In this document: in pieces, positions 46,282-56,686 of the stretch
How the letters are laid out: each line of letters starts with the position of its first letter
Numbering within the stretch: position 1 is the first letter of the stretch
Made by a program: the position numbers and the translations under genes
Origin: an uncultured Victivallales bacterium
Lineage (GTDB): Bacteria; Verrucomicrobiota; Kiritimatiellia; UBA8416; CAYSRM01
Length of the DNA stretch: 62,926 bases
Direction: 5' to 3'
Assembly (NCBI GenBank): GCA_964433435.1
Contig: CAYSRM010000003.1
Location: forward strand, 1 to 62,926
Notes under the pieces: model-generated
Told to the model about the DNA's origin: nothing
What the model saw: the letters and a program-made list of their open reading frames with translations, nothing else
The model's database searches: none

Positions 46282-46902
46282 TTACTCCAGAGCATTGAAG
46301 AACGTCTCGGCCATCAACCGGGCTCCCGAGTCGTTCATGTGAAGACCGTCAGCACTGAGATAAGAGGTGTCGTCTCCGAAAGCTTCTTCCATGTCGGCCA
46401 GCTTTGTCCCTTCCTCGGCGGCAAGTCTTCTTATTTCCGGATTCAAAGCTGCAATCCTCGACTCCATGTAAGTATGAGGCCCTGTAACAGGGGGAAGCGT
46501 GGCCAGCACCACTTTCGTCCTATTTTCTTTGGCTGCCTGAATGATAGCACGAAGCTTTTCTTTGGTATAGTTTGTCCCGAGTCCGAATATGACATCGTTT
46601 GCTCCATAGAGCACGAGCAGGTATCCGGGCTTGTACTTTGCAAGTACGTCATGTACACGGTCTTTGCCTCCTGTGCTGAGTTCCCCGCCTTTGCCTTCGT
46701 TTATCACGGTACTGCCAAGCATCCGTGAAAGTTTTTCCGGATAGGGATCAGACAACCCAGGTCCTTCCGTAAGACTATCTCCCAAAGCTACATAAAGGTT
46801 GGGATCATTATCTCCGAAATCATGTCCTCCGCTGTCCCCGTCTTCGCATCCGCAAACCAGAAAGCATAGCAACATAAAGATAGTCAGTAGACGCAATGTC
46901 AT
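46282..46902 (-). CDS. SGNH/GDSL hydrolase lipoprotein
   Basis: Lipobox-like LVCG|C, block I GDSL, block II NEGKGG, block III GANDV and block V DGLH. Confidence 0.88.
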   Translation of the reverse strand: MTLRLLTIFMLLCFLVCGCEDGDSGGHDFGDNDPNLYVALGDSLTEGPGLSDPYPEKLSRMLGSTVINEGKGGELSTGGKDRVHDVLAKYKPGYLLVLYGANDVIFGLGTNYTKEKLRAIIQAAKENRTKVVLATLPPVTGPHTYMESRIAALNPEIRRLAAEEGTKLADMEEAFGDDTSYLSADGLHMNDSGARLMAETFFNALE

Positions 46903-47078
46903 TGGTGTAAACCTCCAAAAAAAGACAATCAGCAGCTTATATTAGATTTGAGGGTCGAGCACAAGCAAATCTTTAAGCTCTTAACGCCACGTGAAAGCGG
47001 CTGCCGGCATCCGGGAGAGCAGAAGATTTGCTGGTATTCGAGCTTTAACTGAGCACAAGCATTGTTTATGTTTCCGGC

Positions 47079-49085
47079 ATGAAAAGAATTTCTGCGGCAT
47101 TTATCCTCATCTATCTACTTGTCGGCGCGGCTCTTGTTATGCGTATTTTCATGTACTGTATGGGCGGGGCGTATGTCCCGGTGACAACAGACGAAGCCAT
47201 CACGGTCCTTCAGGCGAAAGAGGCAATGCGAGGCCATTTTCCTCTTCTTCTATGGGCGCAGCCATATATGTTTCCATTGGAAGCCTACTGGATGGTCCCT
47301 TTTCTGTGGCTTCCGCGAACAGCCTTTGGGATGCGGGCGCTTGTACTTCTAGAAGGAATTGCATTTGTATTAATTTCTCTGGGTATTCTCAGAAAGATGG
47401 GGAAATGGAAGACGGTCTGGCCTGGTATAGTGCTGGTCTTTTTCCCGTCGGTATATCTCCTTATGAATCAGACAGCATATTCACAACCGCATAATAATTC
47501 CGCTTTTCTTCTTGCATTAGTATCGATGTGGTTTGCGCTGAAGTTGAATGAGGGGCAGAAACCATGGAAGCGGTTCTGGACCGCTTTTGCGGCAGGATCT
47601 TTCGGTTTGCTGGCTTTCAGCAACGCAATGCTTGCGGTTTCACTGGTTGTGCCCGTACTGCTGGTCTGTGTATTCCGGACGCATGTCCGGCGATGGCTTA
47701 CGGTTATCCCGGGCCTGTTTTGCGGCGGAGTTGTCGGCCTTTTTCCATACCTTGCCGGGATGTGGGCGCATCCGGGCGCCCACCAGTCGGTATCGTCGAC
47801 AAGAGACTGGATTGATGCGCTTGGCCTCTTCTGGTCGCCGGCCCTGAAATTCACATTGCCGGTTACATTTGGCTTCACCCCCTGCGTTTTCCCGGACAGC
47901 AGGGAAAAGCTGCAGATCGGAAGCGCCATGACACCTTTCTTCCCGTATCTGTTTCTGGCGTTTCTTCTTGTTCTGTTTGCGATCTGCGGTTTTCGCATTG
48001 GCAGGAACCTGCTGCGGAACAAGTGGCCGTACATGGGTGATTCGGAGATGGCTTTCGGGACCACATTGCTTGCAATAGTGCTGTTTACGCTTAGCAAAAG
48101 GGCGGATTCTTCATCCTACCGTTACCTCGTTCCGGCTGTTGTTGTTTTCCCTTTTGCTGTAACGGCAGTTTATCGCTCTGTGCACCGGTATATCAAACCG
48201 GCGCTGGGGGCGCTTGTTATTATGCTGGGTATCTACAACGTGTGGGGCAGTATTCTGGTTGCTCAGTCATGGAAAGAGGAGGGTTTTGCCTCTCAAATAG
48301 TCTCTGCGCCCGACTTGTCCCCGGCGATAAACTTCATGAAGCGGAAAGGCATTGGCCACTGTGTGGCTTCTCACTGGGCAGCCTACCGGATCGACTTTTA
48401 TACGGATGAAAACATCATCTGCAGTCAGCCGTACAACGAGAGGTTCCCCGGCTGGCCGGTTCCCTACAAGGATCGGGTTGACGCGGCCACCAATGTGGCC
48501 TACGTTTTGACCGAAAGAATTCGTTTTCTAAAGCCTTCCATATTTGAACGCCATATGAGGACCATGGACGTGACTGCGCAGGTTTACACTGCGGGTCATT
48601 TCCGGGTGTATTATGACTTTCAACGTCAGCATGAGGATCAACTCAGGCGTCTGCCTGCCGGTCTGATCGGTATCACGTCAAGTCATAATCGTGAAGATAC
48701 CGGAAACCTGCTTGACGGCGACGTGACCAGCCGCTGGCTTACGGAGGGACACCTGCAGGAAAAGGACATGTGGCTGCGCCTGGATTTTTCACGCCCTGTG
48801 TCTTTGAGCAGGCTTGGTTTGTATTACCACATCTATCATCATGATATGCTGCCGGTGATGGAGGTTGCCGTTAAACAAGACGGCCGCTGGGTAACGACTC
48901 ACCATCGTCTGTCCGCAAAACTGGACAAGTTCGTCTTCAGAAACGGTCATCCCGTTTATGGCATGAACAGGCGAACCATCAAGTTCGACGCAGCCCCGGT
49001 GTCATCGGTGCGTCTGGCGCCCGTAGAAATCAATCCTCAGTTTGCCTGGACCATAACCGAAATTGAGGCGTTGGAGGGAGAATAG
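47079..49085 (+). CDS. GT-C-like membrane glycosyltransferase with a C-terminal discoidin/F5-8-type C-like domain
   Basis: First TM followed by 'TTDEA', multiple TM segments, 'YRYL', and C-terminal 'NLLDGDVTSRW...WLRLDF..PV.LS'. Confidence 0.7.
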   Translation: MKRISAAFILIYLLVGAALVMRIFMYCMGGAYVPVTTDEAITVLQAKEAMRGHFPLLLWAQPYMFPLEAYWMVPFLWLPRTAFGMRALVLLEGIAFVLISLGILRKMGKWKTVWPGIVLVFFPSVYLLMNQTAYSQPHNNSAFLLALVSMWFALKLNEGQKPWKRFWTAFAAGSFGLLAFSNAMLAVSLVVPVLLVCVFRTHVRRWLTVIPGLFCGGVVGLFPYLAGMWAHPGAHQSVSSTRDWIDALGLFWSPALKFTLPVTFGFTPCVFPDSREKLQIGSAMTPFFPYLFLAFLLVLFAICGFRIGRNLLRNKWPYMGDSEMAFGTTLLAIVLFTLSKRADSSSYRYLVPAVVVFPFAVTAVYRSVHRYIKPALGALVIMLGIYNVWGSILVAQSWKEEGFASQIVSAPDLSPAINFMKRKGIGHCVASHWAAYRIDFYTDENIICSQPYNERFPGWPVPYKDRVDAATNVAYVLTERIRFLKPSIFERHMRTMDVTAQVYTAGHFRVYYDFQRQHEDQLRRLPAGLIGITSSHNREDTGNLLDGDVTSRWLTEGHLQEKDMWLRLDFSRPVSLSRLGLYYHIYHHDMLPVMEVAVKQDGRWVTTHHRLSAKLDKFVFRNGHPVYGMNRRTIKFDAAPVSSVRLAPVEINPQFAWTITEIEALEGE

Positions 49086-49142
49086 TCTTTGCCGGGCGTT
49101 TTCGGTGTTCGGTTGTCGATTTCAGAGAGAGATTGCGGAATG

Positions 49143-50156
49143 TCATCGTGATGAGCCTGGAAAGGGCGGCGGTTTCGGCTGTTTTGTCATGCCTCTTATG
49201 GCAAGGAAAGCGGCCGGGAGGACAACCGGTATCATATCGCCGTAGATTCGTGTTTCGTACAGGTTGCCCACGATAAACATTCCCAGCAGGAAAGGGACCA
49301 TAACAAGCAACGCACGTCTGGCAAAACTGTTTTCGATGTAACAGTAACCGGCAATGGCAAACAGCCACAGGAACCCGTAAGTACTCAGGAACAGCGGATA
49401 ATCCGAAAAGTTGAACAGAAAGCGTTCAAGGTTTTCTTCGATGTGTCCAAGTTCGAAGAGCCTGGTATGGTGGCTTGGGGGAAGGAGCAGAGTGACCCCG
49501 TATTTGACGCTGGACCAGAGGAGAAACTGTGCTATCAGGTGTCCTGCCTTGTGCATATGTGAATCGATTTTCCAGTATGTCAGCAGATAGATCATGCTTA
49601 GGAAGCAGGTGGTTTCCCTGTTCATGGTGGCAAGTACAAAGAAAGGATAGAATACCAGCCATTTTTTTCTGTAGATGAGGTAAATGCCGAGGGTCATGAA
49701 TAGCACTCCGGGGATGTCATAGGGATATATGAACGTCATATTTCTCGGGAACAGGTAGTTAAACGGCAACACGTAGAGAAGTGTCAAGGCCAGCGCCATA
49801 GCGGTTCTTCGTTGAAAGTACAGATTAAGATATATCTTGAACGCTAACACGAGCAAAGCAGTGGCGGAAAACTCAATCAGGAAGAAAAGCTTTTCCGGTG
49901 GCACCGTCCATCTGGTAGAGACATGGTGAACGAGGTGGGGGATCAGTATCCGGTAGCGAAACGGAGCCGGGGCCTCGCCTGACATTAGCGACTCATAGCG
50001 AACCTTCGAGTACTCTGTTGTCAGCCTGTGCGGTCCCAGGCGGAGTTCTGCGAAGTAGTAAGATCCGATGAGAGTTATCAGAAAAAACAGAATTGAGATG
50101 CGCACGTTTGCACTCGCACGGTTTACAGGCTTTCTTTTTTTATCTTGCGTTTTCAA
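49143..50156 (-). CDS. Polytopic membrane protein, possibly GT-C-like
   Basis: About 8-9 TM segments with 'APFRYRIL', 'PYD', 'NRET' and 'ETR' loop motifs. Confidence 0.45.
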   Translation of the reverse strand: MKTQDKKRKPVNRASANVRISILFFLITLIGSYYFAELRLGPHRLTTEYSKVRYESLMSGEAPAPFRYRILIPHLVHHVSTRWTVPPEKLFFLIEFSATALLVLAFKIYLNLYFQRRTAMALALTLLYVLPFNYLFPRNMTFIYPYDIPGVLFMTLGIYLIYRKKWLVFYPFFVLATMNRETTCFLSMIYLLTYWKIDSHMHKAGHLIAQFLLWSSVKYGVTLLLPPSHHTRLFELGHIEENLERFLFNFSDYPLFLSTYGFLWLFAIAGYCYIENSFARRALLVMVPFLLGMFIVGNLYETRIYGDMIPVVLPAAFLAIRGMTKQPKPPPFPGSSR

Positions 50157-50210
50157 TTTGACATCTTCTCGGGTGAATTTGCCTGGTTTGTCTCTGTTCT
50201 GACCGGATAG

Positions 50211-52772
50211 TTACTTTATATCGCCTGTTCTGGTTATTCTCAGTGATTTTATGCTGATATCTGCTTTGCGCGAATATACGAAGTTAAGAGCCATCCGCAG
50301 GTTATTCGGTTGATCGTAAAAGGTTCTTGCTTTCTCTCCTGCGGTAATCTGGATGGGCTCGATGCGGCCATACGGGTATCTTGACTGCAATTCCCCCAGT
50401 ATTGTCCCGTCCGGAGCATCGGTTTTGAAATTCAGTTCAACCAGGTATTTACCCGGTGGAACCGGCAGTTTCGGGCCGTAGAAGATGGCGTCGGCCGCTT
50501 CGTACTCGGGACGCAGCACAACATGGCCGGTTTCAATGTCCGTATATCCCGAGTGGTAGAAGAGGGGGGCGGGCAGCTCAATGCTGTCAAAACGCGCACA
50601 GTCCCATTCTCCAAACGCCAGAATAGCCAGATCCATATTAACGGCCCCGTTCTCCGGCCGGATTTGAAGGCATGTTTTTTTGTAGCCGTCAAAAGGCGGG
50701 ATGGATATCGAAGTCCACTTCCATGTTTCCGGATCAGTATCAACGGACACATATTTCAGCACGTTTGACCCGCTGACGATCTGGATTGCGGCGGGTCCTT
50801 GTCCTTTCAGGCGGACAAGGTATTTAAGTCCTTGTTCATATGTTATTGGATAGGTATGGGTGTTCACTGATGAGTCTGGTCCGCGCAGATGAATATAGGC
50901 GTTTGCGCTGGTGTGTGGCGACCGGATGACAGTGGAATTTGTTGACTTGCTATTTTCTCCCTGCCAGAGACGCGAGGGAAAGAAGGTGTTCCAGTCAGGG
51001 GGCTCTTCCATGGGCACGGCTTCAGGTTTAATTTCAAAGGCCCACACTGCGCCGTCGCGCGCCAGAAACGAAAGCCGTGGGTGTCTCAGCATATGGTGCA
51101 GGGTATAGGCGACAGGGAAAGGGCTTACTTTTTCCGGAAATGCGTTTTCATGGAGAAGAAGGCAGTTAATATCTTTTGACAACAATTCGTCAAGCTGGTC
51201 GTCCGAGAATGAACCCTGGTTAAAACTTTCGAAGCGGTCATATACATTTCTGATGTATGAATTTTTCGGTGTGGGTCTGTACCCGTTGACCATTCTTATG
51301 CGATAGAGGGAGGAATAGTACTGGTTAAGCGACGACCAGTGAGAATCGCCGGGCCATAACGGGATTCCCATTGCGCGCGGAGCCCTGCCTGCAGAGCGGG
51401 CTTTTTCAGCTACCGCCCGATATGCGCCCTGACTATTATCCAGCCTGCAGACAGAGGGATAAACCCTTTGTCCGTAATCGAACAGCAAAACAGCGCCGAT
51501 TACAAAGCAGACAATAACTTCTGTTTTTTTTGCAGTCCGGCCGAATCCGGGCAGGAAGGGAAATGTTACGGCAATAAAAACGGAAATCATCGTGGGCAGC
51601 AGGATGAAGATTTTTGCCGGCTGGCGCATCATGCCATAGGGGGGCAGAACGCGGCACAGCCTCAGCCATGTCAGCTCCCCGCCTGCCGGATTATTGACGC
51701 CTGTGGACAGGACGACAATACCCGAAATGCCAAGAAAAAGGAGGATTGAAACGGTTGCAACCCGGCCCGGTTTCAAACTTTTACGTAGAGCTTTCACCAT
51801 TACCGCGCAGAAGGGGAGGATAAGAAACAGGATCATGAACCATCCGAGATAAATCTGGCTGTCTTTACCTCTGCAATCGGAGTCCCATATTCCTTCGATA
51901 TGCGGGGAGAAGAGAGCAACTTCGCTCAGCCTTCTTGCCTGGCTGGAAAGCTCGGTGTCCTCCAGGCTTGTCTTTGTTCCTTTTACCTGAAGAAGAACAA
52001 GTCCGGCAAACAAGATCAGCGGTATTGCGGCAAGAGCGAGTCTTCTAAGATCGTCCTTTGACGGAAAAATTTTTTTGGAGCCGTAGACGTAGCTGACTAA
52101 ACACCAGAACGGCGCGGCAAGAGCTGTAAAGAACATCACATGCTGATCGGACCAGCCGGAAAAATAAATGGATAATCCCGCCAGGGCGCCGCCCCAGGCC
52201 TTTTTGTCTCTGACCATCACGTCCAGGCCGAAGAACACCGCCGGTGTCCACATCATTGCCAGGCCGGTCGGGCTTCCTCCGAGAAGCGCGTGCCATCTGT
52301 AAGGGAAAATTACGCTTACGGTTGCCGCAAGCCATGGCAGCCACGGCCGTTGTGTATAGCGCCGGGCAAGGAGAAGGGTAAAGATGAATGTCAGCCAGAG
52401 CGAAACAATACCCGTCCCGTTCCAACCGAAAGCTTTTCCTCCCAGGGCGCAAAAAGAGTAGACAAGAGAAAATGGAATATAGTATTGCTTTCCGGGCGTA
52501 TAACGTTCTTCGTCATTGCCGAAGTTGAATTCGTAGAGATTAGAGAAAAACGGCGTAGGCCCGAAAAAAGTGTCCCTGGCAAGCCACATCTGGTAGAGAA
52601 ACTGCAAATGGTCGCCGGGGATCATTTTGCGGACATTATTTGTTTCGCCATGATGGTATGAAGAGGCGGGGATGCCCGAAAAGGTATTCAGGGGCAGGGG
52701 CCAGGATATAGCCATCCACAGAATAACCGTGAACAGCAGAGTTCTTGCCGGCAGTCTGGAAGCTTTTATCAT
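50211..52772 (-). CDS. Large membrane protein, YfhO/GT-C-like
   Basis: 853 aa. First TM followed by 'PGDHLQF', many TM segments, 'MRQP.K', 'RMVNGY' and C-terminal 'YGP..P..PGKY' beta-domains. Confidence 0.65.
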   Translation of the reverse strand: MIKASRLPARTLLFTVILWMAISWPLPLNTFSGIPASSYHHGETNNVRKMIPGDHLQFLYQMWLARDTFFGPTPFFSNLYEFNFGNDEERYTPGKQYYIPFSLVYSFCALGGKAFGWNGTGIVSLWLTFIFTLLLARRYTQRPWLPWLAATVSVIFPYRWHALLGGSPTGLAMMWTPAVFFGLDVMVRDKKAWGGALAGLSIYFSGWSDQHVMFFTALAAPFWCLVSYVYGSKKIFPSKDDLRRLALAAIPLILFAGLVLLQVKGTKTSLEDTELSSQARRLSEVALFSPHIEGIWDSDCRGKDSQIYLGWFMILFLILPFCAVMVKALRKSLKPGRVATVSILLFLGISGIVVLSTGVNNPAGGELTWLRLCRVLPPYGMMRQPAKIFILLPTMISVFIAVTFPFLPGFGRTAKKTEVIVCFVIGAVLLFDYGQRVYPSVCRLDNSQGAYRAVAEKARSAGRAPRAMGIPLWPGDSHWSSLNQYYSSLYRIRMVNGYRPTPKNSYIRNVYDRFESFNQGSFSDDQLDELLSKDINCLLLHENAFPEKVSPFPVAYTLHHMLRHPRLSFLARDGAVWAFEIKPEAVPMEEPPDWNTFFPSRLWQGENSKSTNSTVIRSPHTSANAYIHLRGPDSSVNTHTYPITYEQGLKYLVRLKGQGPAAIQIVSGSNVLKYVSVDTDPETWKWTSISIPPFDGYKKTCLQIRPENGAVNMDLAILAFGEWDCARFDSIELPAPLFYHSGYTDIETGHVVLRPEYEAADAIFYGPKLPVPPGKYLVELNFKTDAPDGTILGELQSRYPYGRIEPIQITAGEKARTFYDQPNNLRMALNFVYSRKADISIKSLRITRTGDIK

Positions 52773-52829
52773 GGCCGATAAGGTAATGATTGCGCCTGTC
52801 TATTGCAATGAGTAATGTGGGGTAAGCTT

Positions 52830-54038
52830 ATGTCGGATAACAGTCAACCTCGTATTCTATTTTTAATCAGCCGGTTCTATCCGGTTGTTGGCGGTGGCGA
52901 GACTCATGCGCTGCTTTTGTCGAAGCAGATCAAGGCCCTGGGCGCGGATGTATTTGTGATTACCCGCAGGCAGGACAAAGATCTTGCCCGGTTTGAGACT
53001 ATTGAGGGTGTTGACACATACCGTATCGGTCCTTCCGGTTTTGGAAGAATTGGCAAGTATCTCATGTTGCCGGGTGTTTTCCTTAAACTTCTTGTTTTGC
53101 GAAGACGGTATGACATTATTTTTGTAAGCGGACTCAGGTTACTTGGTATTCCCGCTGTGATTGTTTCTATGTTAACGGGCAAAAAATGTGTTTTACGTTC
53201 TGCAAGCTGCGGGGAACTTTCGGGAGGTTTTATATGGGACAGTCCGCACCTGGCAAAAAAGCCTGTTCTTACGGGGCTTTTCAGGTTTTGTGTCCGTCTG
53301 AGAAACAGGTTGTTTCGTAGAGCAGACGGGTTTCTGGGCATTTCGAATGCAATTGTTAAGGAATACCGGGAATGCGGTGTGCCGGAAAGCAAAATACGTT
53401 TGATAAACAACGGCACTGATACCGGAAAATACAGTCCTGTAGGTCCGGACGAAAAAAAAGAGCTTAGACAGAAACTCGGGTTGCCCGGCGGGAAGATATT
53501 TGCGTATTCGGGGAAGTTGAACAAGGGAAAGGGTCTTGAATTTCTGTTGCCGGTCTGGCGCCGGGTGGTTGATTCGAATAGTGAGGTGCACTTAGCGCTG
53601 ATCGGTTCAGGGGAGGGAAGTTTTCTTTCCTGTGAACGCGAACTGCGCGATTATGTTGCGCGGCACGGGTTATCCGCTCATGTGACTTTCACGGGTTATG
53701 TTCGGAATGTGAACGAATATCTTCAGTGCGCGGATGTATTTGTTTTTCCGTCACAGAACGAGTCATTATCGAACGCTCTGATCGAGGCTCTGGCCTGCGG
53801 GCTGCCTTGTCTGGCTTCGGATATCGGCGGAATATCGGATACCGTAAAGGATGGTGTTAACGGAATGCTTCTTGATGTTGACGACGAAGATCAATGGTTG
53901 TGTGCGATTAGAAAAGTTCTGAATGATCCGGAGTTGGTGCGCAAGTGGGGAGAAGCGGGCAGGGAAAGAGTCGTAAACCATAACAGTATACGGCGGGTGG
54001 CTGAGAAGCATATGGCGTATTTCGGGTCTGTGATATGA
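52830..54038 (+). CDS. GT4-family glycosyltransferase
   Basis: FYPVVGGGE, INNGTD, FVFPSQNESLSNALIEA and ASDIGG. Start set at ATG 52830. Confidence 0.9.
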   Translation: MSDNSQPRILFLISRFYPVVGGGETHALLLSKQIKALGADVFVITRRQDKDLARFETIEGVDTYRIGPSGFGRIGKYLMLPGVFLKLLVLRRRYDIIFVSGLRLLGIPAVIVSMLTGKKCVLRSASCGELSGGFIWDSPHLAKKPVLTGLFRFCVRLRNRLFRRADGFLGISNAIVKEYRECGVPESKIRLINNGTDTGKYSPVGPDEKKELRQKLGLPGGKIFAYSGKLNKGKGLEFLLPVWRRVVDSNSEVHLALIGSGEGSFLSCERELRDYVARHGLSAHVTFTGYVRNVNEYLQCADVFVFPSQNESLSNALIEALACGLPCLASDIGGISDTVKDGVNGMLLDVDDEDQWLCAIRKVLNDPELVRKWGEAGRERVVNHNSIRRVAEKHMAYFGSVI

Positions 54039-55123
54039 AAGCAAGGGTTCCTTTCCAGGAGAAGAAAAGCAGGTTCCTGCGGGGCTTTCTAGATATTGCT
54101 CGGGGCTGTTACCCCAAATTTATTTATGGCCTCAAATCCGGCCGGATTCTGCCTGTTTTTCATTTTCATGATGTGAACAGGGAATATCTTGAGCGACACC
54201 TTAGATATCTGGCTGAAAACGGCTATGAGACACTTGATTCCCGCGCCATGCTGGATTTTTCGGCAGGTGGCGTTTATCCGGGGGATCGGAAGGTGGTTCT
54301 TACTTTTGATGACGGGTGGAAAAGTCTCTGGACGGCGGCATTTCCGCTTCTCAGAAAATACGGGATGAAGGCCGTGGCCTATATTATAACCGGGCGCGTT
54401 GAAGACGCCCGCGCGGTAAGGAAGCCGGGCGATAGCGGCGGGTCGCAATTAGCTACCTGGCCGGAATTGAGGGCCATGCATAAATCGGGTGTTATTGACA
54501 TTCAGTCTCACACCCACAGCCATGCAATGATTTTCTGCGATGACGTTGTTTCCGGGTTTGTAACACCGGACTGGAACTCGACTCCGTTGTCGCGGCCGGT
54601 AATCCGTTTTGAAGATAAGTCGGTTGTTACATTGACCGGCGACATGGCTGGCGCGCCGTTGTATTCAACGCGTTCCCGGATGTCCGGTGCCCGCAGGTTT
54701 CTGGACGATGAGGATTGCCGTCGCAGGTGCATTGAATACGTCTGTACACATGGGGGCGCCGACTTTTTCAGGAAAAATCGCTGGGAAGAAGAGTTGCGGG
54801 AGATTGAAAAGGAATCGGCGGGCCGTTTCGAGACGGACGACGAAAGAACCGAGGCCCTGAGAAGGGAACTGGTCAAATCGAGGCAGATTCTGCGGGAGAG
54901 ACTTCAGAAAGATGAAGTGGACCAGGTCTGTCTGCCGTGGGGCATATGCGGAGACGAGACTGAAAAACTTGCCGGAGAAAGCGGGTATCGAAGCGCGGTA
55001 TCCGACCGATTGTTCGGGAAGCGATACATGGCAGGCAGAAGCAACCCGTTCAGGATCATGCGCCTCAAGCACAAGTATATTTTCAGGCTGCCGCACGGCA
55101 AAGGAAGGACAGGGGATGGTTGA
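54035..55123 (+). CDS. Polysaccharide deacetylase (CE4-like)
   Basis: VFHFH, LTFDDG, QSHTHSH and CLPWG. Confidence 0.85.
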   Translation: MKARVPFQEKKSRFLRGFLDIARGCYPKFIYGLKSGRILPVFHFHDVNREYLERHLRYLAENGYETLDSRAMLDFSAGGVYPGDRKVVLTFDDGWKSLWTAAFPLLRKYGMKAVAYIITGRVEDARAVRKPGDSGGSQLATWPELRAMHKSGVIDIQSHTHSHAMIFCDDVVSGFVTPDWNSTPLSRPVIRFEDKSVVTLTGDMAGAPLYSTRSRMSGARRFLDDEDCRRRCIEYVCTHGGADFFRKNRWEEELREIEKESAGRFETDDERTEALRRELVKSRQILRERLQKDEVDQVCLPWGICGDETEKLAGESGYRSAVSDRLFGKRYMAGRSNPFRIMRLKHKYIFRLPHGKGRTGDG

Positions 55124-56669
55124 AGAAAAATCCGATACCGCCAATGCGCCCTCCATCCGGGTAATGGCCGGCAACACGCTCTGGAATCTGTTTGGCATGG
55201 GCCTCCCGATTCTTGTCGGGGTTGTTGTTTTTCCCATTCTGACCAGAGGACTGGCTGTTGGCCCGGTCAGAATTCAGCCTCTTGACAACGCCAGGTTCGG
55301 AGCGCTTGGTCTGGTGTGGATGCTTATAGGCTGGTTCAGCATTTTTGATATGGGGCTGGGGCGCGCGCTGACAAAATTCATTGCTGAAAAAATCGCGCTT
55401 GGAAAATCCCGGGAAATACCCGGAATCTTCTGGACGGCGGTGGCGTTGATGTTTCTGCTTGGCAGCGTCGGCGGCGCAATTATTCTGATTCTTTCGCCGC
55501 ATCTGGCGGGTTCCTGGCTGAAAGTTCAGGACGCTTTACGTCCGGAGATAAGATTTGCTTTTTATCTTGTTGCCGCCGGCCTGCCGGTAATAGTAATGAA
55601 CGTTGGATTGGTAGGTGTTCTTGAGGCCTGCGGATGGTTCAAGTGGATTAATATTGTCCGGCTTCCTGCAGGATGTTTCACTTTTATTGCGCCGGTAATT
55701 GTCCTGCCGTTTACACACAATCTTGTTGTTATTGTTGCCGCGCTGGTTGCAGGACGGATCATCGGCACCGCTTCCTATTTTGCAGGCTGCCTGGCGGCTT
55801 TGCCATCTTTGCGGAAGAAGTTTAAATGGAATAGCCGGATTGTGCGACCTCTGATGACCTTCGGAAGCTGGATGGTTGTTTCCAATCTTGCAGTATCTTT
55901 CCTGACTCATCTTAACAGGTGGCTGATTGGATTTATAAAGTCTGTAGAGATTGGTGTTTATTACCTTGTGCCTGAAGAAGTTGTTGTGCGTCTTTTTATT
56001 TTTCCCAGGGCATGGATTTCCGTGCTTTTTCCGGCGATGGTAGGAAGTTTTTCGCGGTCCAGAAACGAGACGACCATGCATCTGGAGCGCGGAATGAAAT
56101 ATCTGATATTCGGCATGTTTCCGATAGTGCTCGGAATATGCGTCATTGCTCCGGAGGCGCTTGACTTATGGCTCGGTTCGGATTATGGGAATGCCAGCAC
56201 GCCTGTAATACGGTGGCTTTGTGCGGGCGTACTGATACACAGTGTGGCGCGGGTCCCGTGGTTTCTTCTTCAGGCCGCCGGAAAACCGAGGATTCCTGCA
56301 ATCCTGCATGTTGCTGAGCTTATCGGTTATCTGCTGGGCGGCACTCTTCTGATACGCTATTTTGGAGTTACCGGAGCCGCAATTGCCTGGACGTTTAGAT
56401 CGGCGGTCGATTTGATCCTCATGCTTGGAGCGGTGATGCCGTTTGTGGAGGATGGGAAAAGGACGGCGGAAAAGGCAGTGTTCTGCCTGCTTGTTTCAGG
56501 CGCTGTTATTGCTCTTTGTGTTCTGCCTCCCGGACTTGCGGGAAGACTTGTAGCGGGCGCGGGCGGTTTTGCGGTTTTCATGGTATGGGGATGGCTTTAC
56601 ATGTTCAGCGCCTCGGACAGGAGCGAATGGATATCCGTGTTACGCGGGTTTACGGGTAAGCTTAAGTGA
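55116..56669 (+). CDS. wzx: Wzx-family flippase
   Basis: 'NTLWNL.G', 'RFGALGL', 'DMGLGRA', 'FGSWMVVSN' and 'GAAIAW'. Start set at ATG 55116. Confidence 0.88.
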   Translation: MVEEKSDTANAPSIRVMAGNTLWNLFGMGLPILVGVVVFPILTRGLAVGPVRIQPLDNARFGALGLVWMLIGWFSIFDMGLGRALTKFIAEKIALGKSREIPGIFWTAVALMFLLGSVGGAIILILSPHLAGSWLKVQDALRPEIRFAFYLVAAGLPVIVMNVGLVGVLEACGWFKWINIVRLPAGCFTFIAPVIVLPFTHNLVVIVAALVAGRIIGTASYFAGCLAALPSLRKKFKWNSRIVRPLMTFGSWMVVSNLAVSFLTHLNRWLIGFIKSVEIGVYYLVPEEVVVRLFIFPRAWISVLFPAMVGSFSRSRNETTMHLERGMKYLIFGMFPIVLGICVIAPEALDLWLGSDYGNASTPVIRWLCAGVLIHSVARVPWFLLQAAGKPRIPAILHVAELIGYLLGGTLLIRYFGVTGAAIAWTFRSAVDLILMLGAVMPFVEDGKRTAEKAVFCLLVSGAVIALCVLPPGLAGRLVAGAGGFAVFMVWGWLYMFSASDRSEWISVLRGFTGKLK

Positions 56670-56686
56670 CCCTCTGTCCGGCATTC

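Noticed and set aside
46957-47061. 11-bp direct repeat GAGCACAAGCA (46957, 47051) in a divergent promoter region
   Set aside because: It could be an operator, but there are only two short copies and no nearby regulator, so chance cannot be excluded.
54912-55115. N-terminal extension of the second Wzx
   Set aside because: It overlaps the deacetylase gene by about 200 bp, and a good RBS and ATG lie at 55116.
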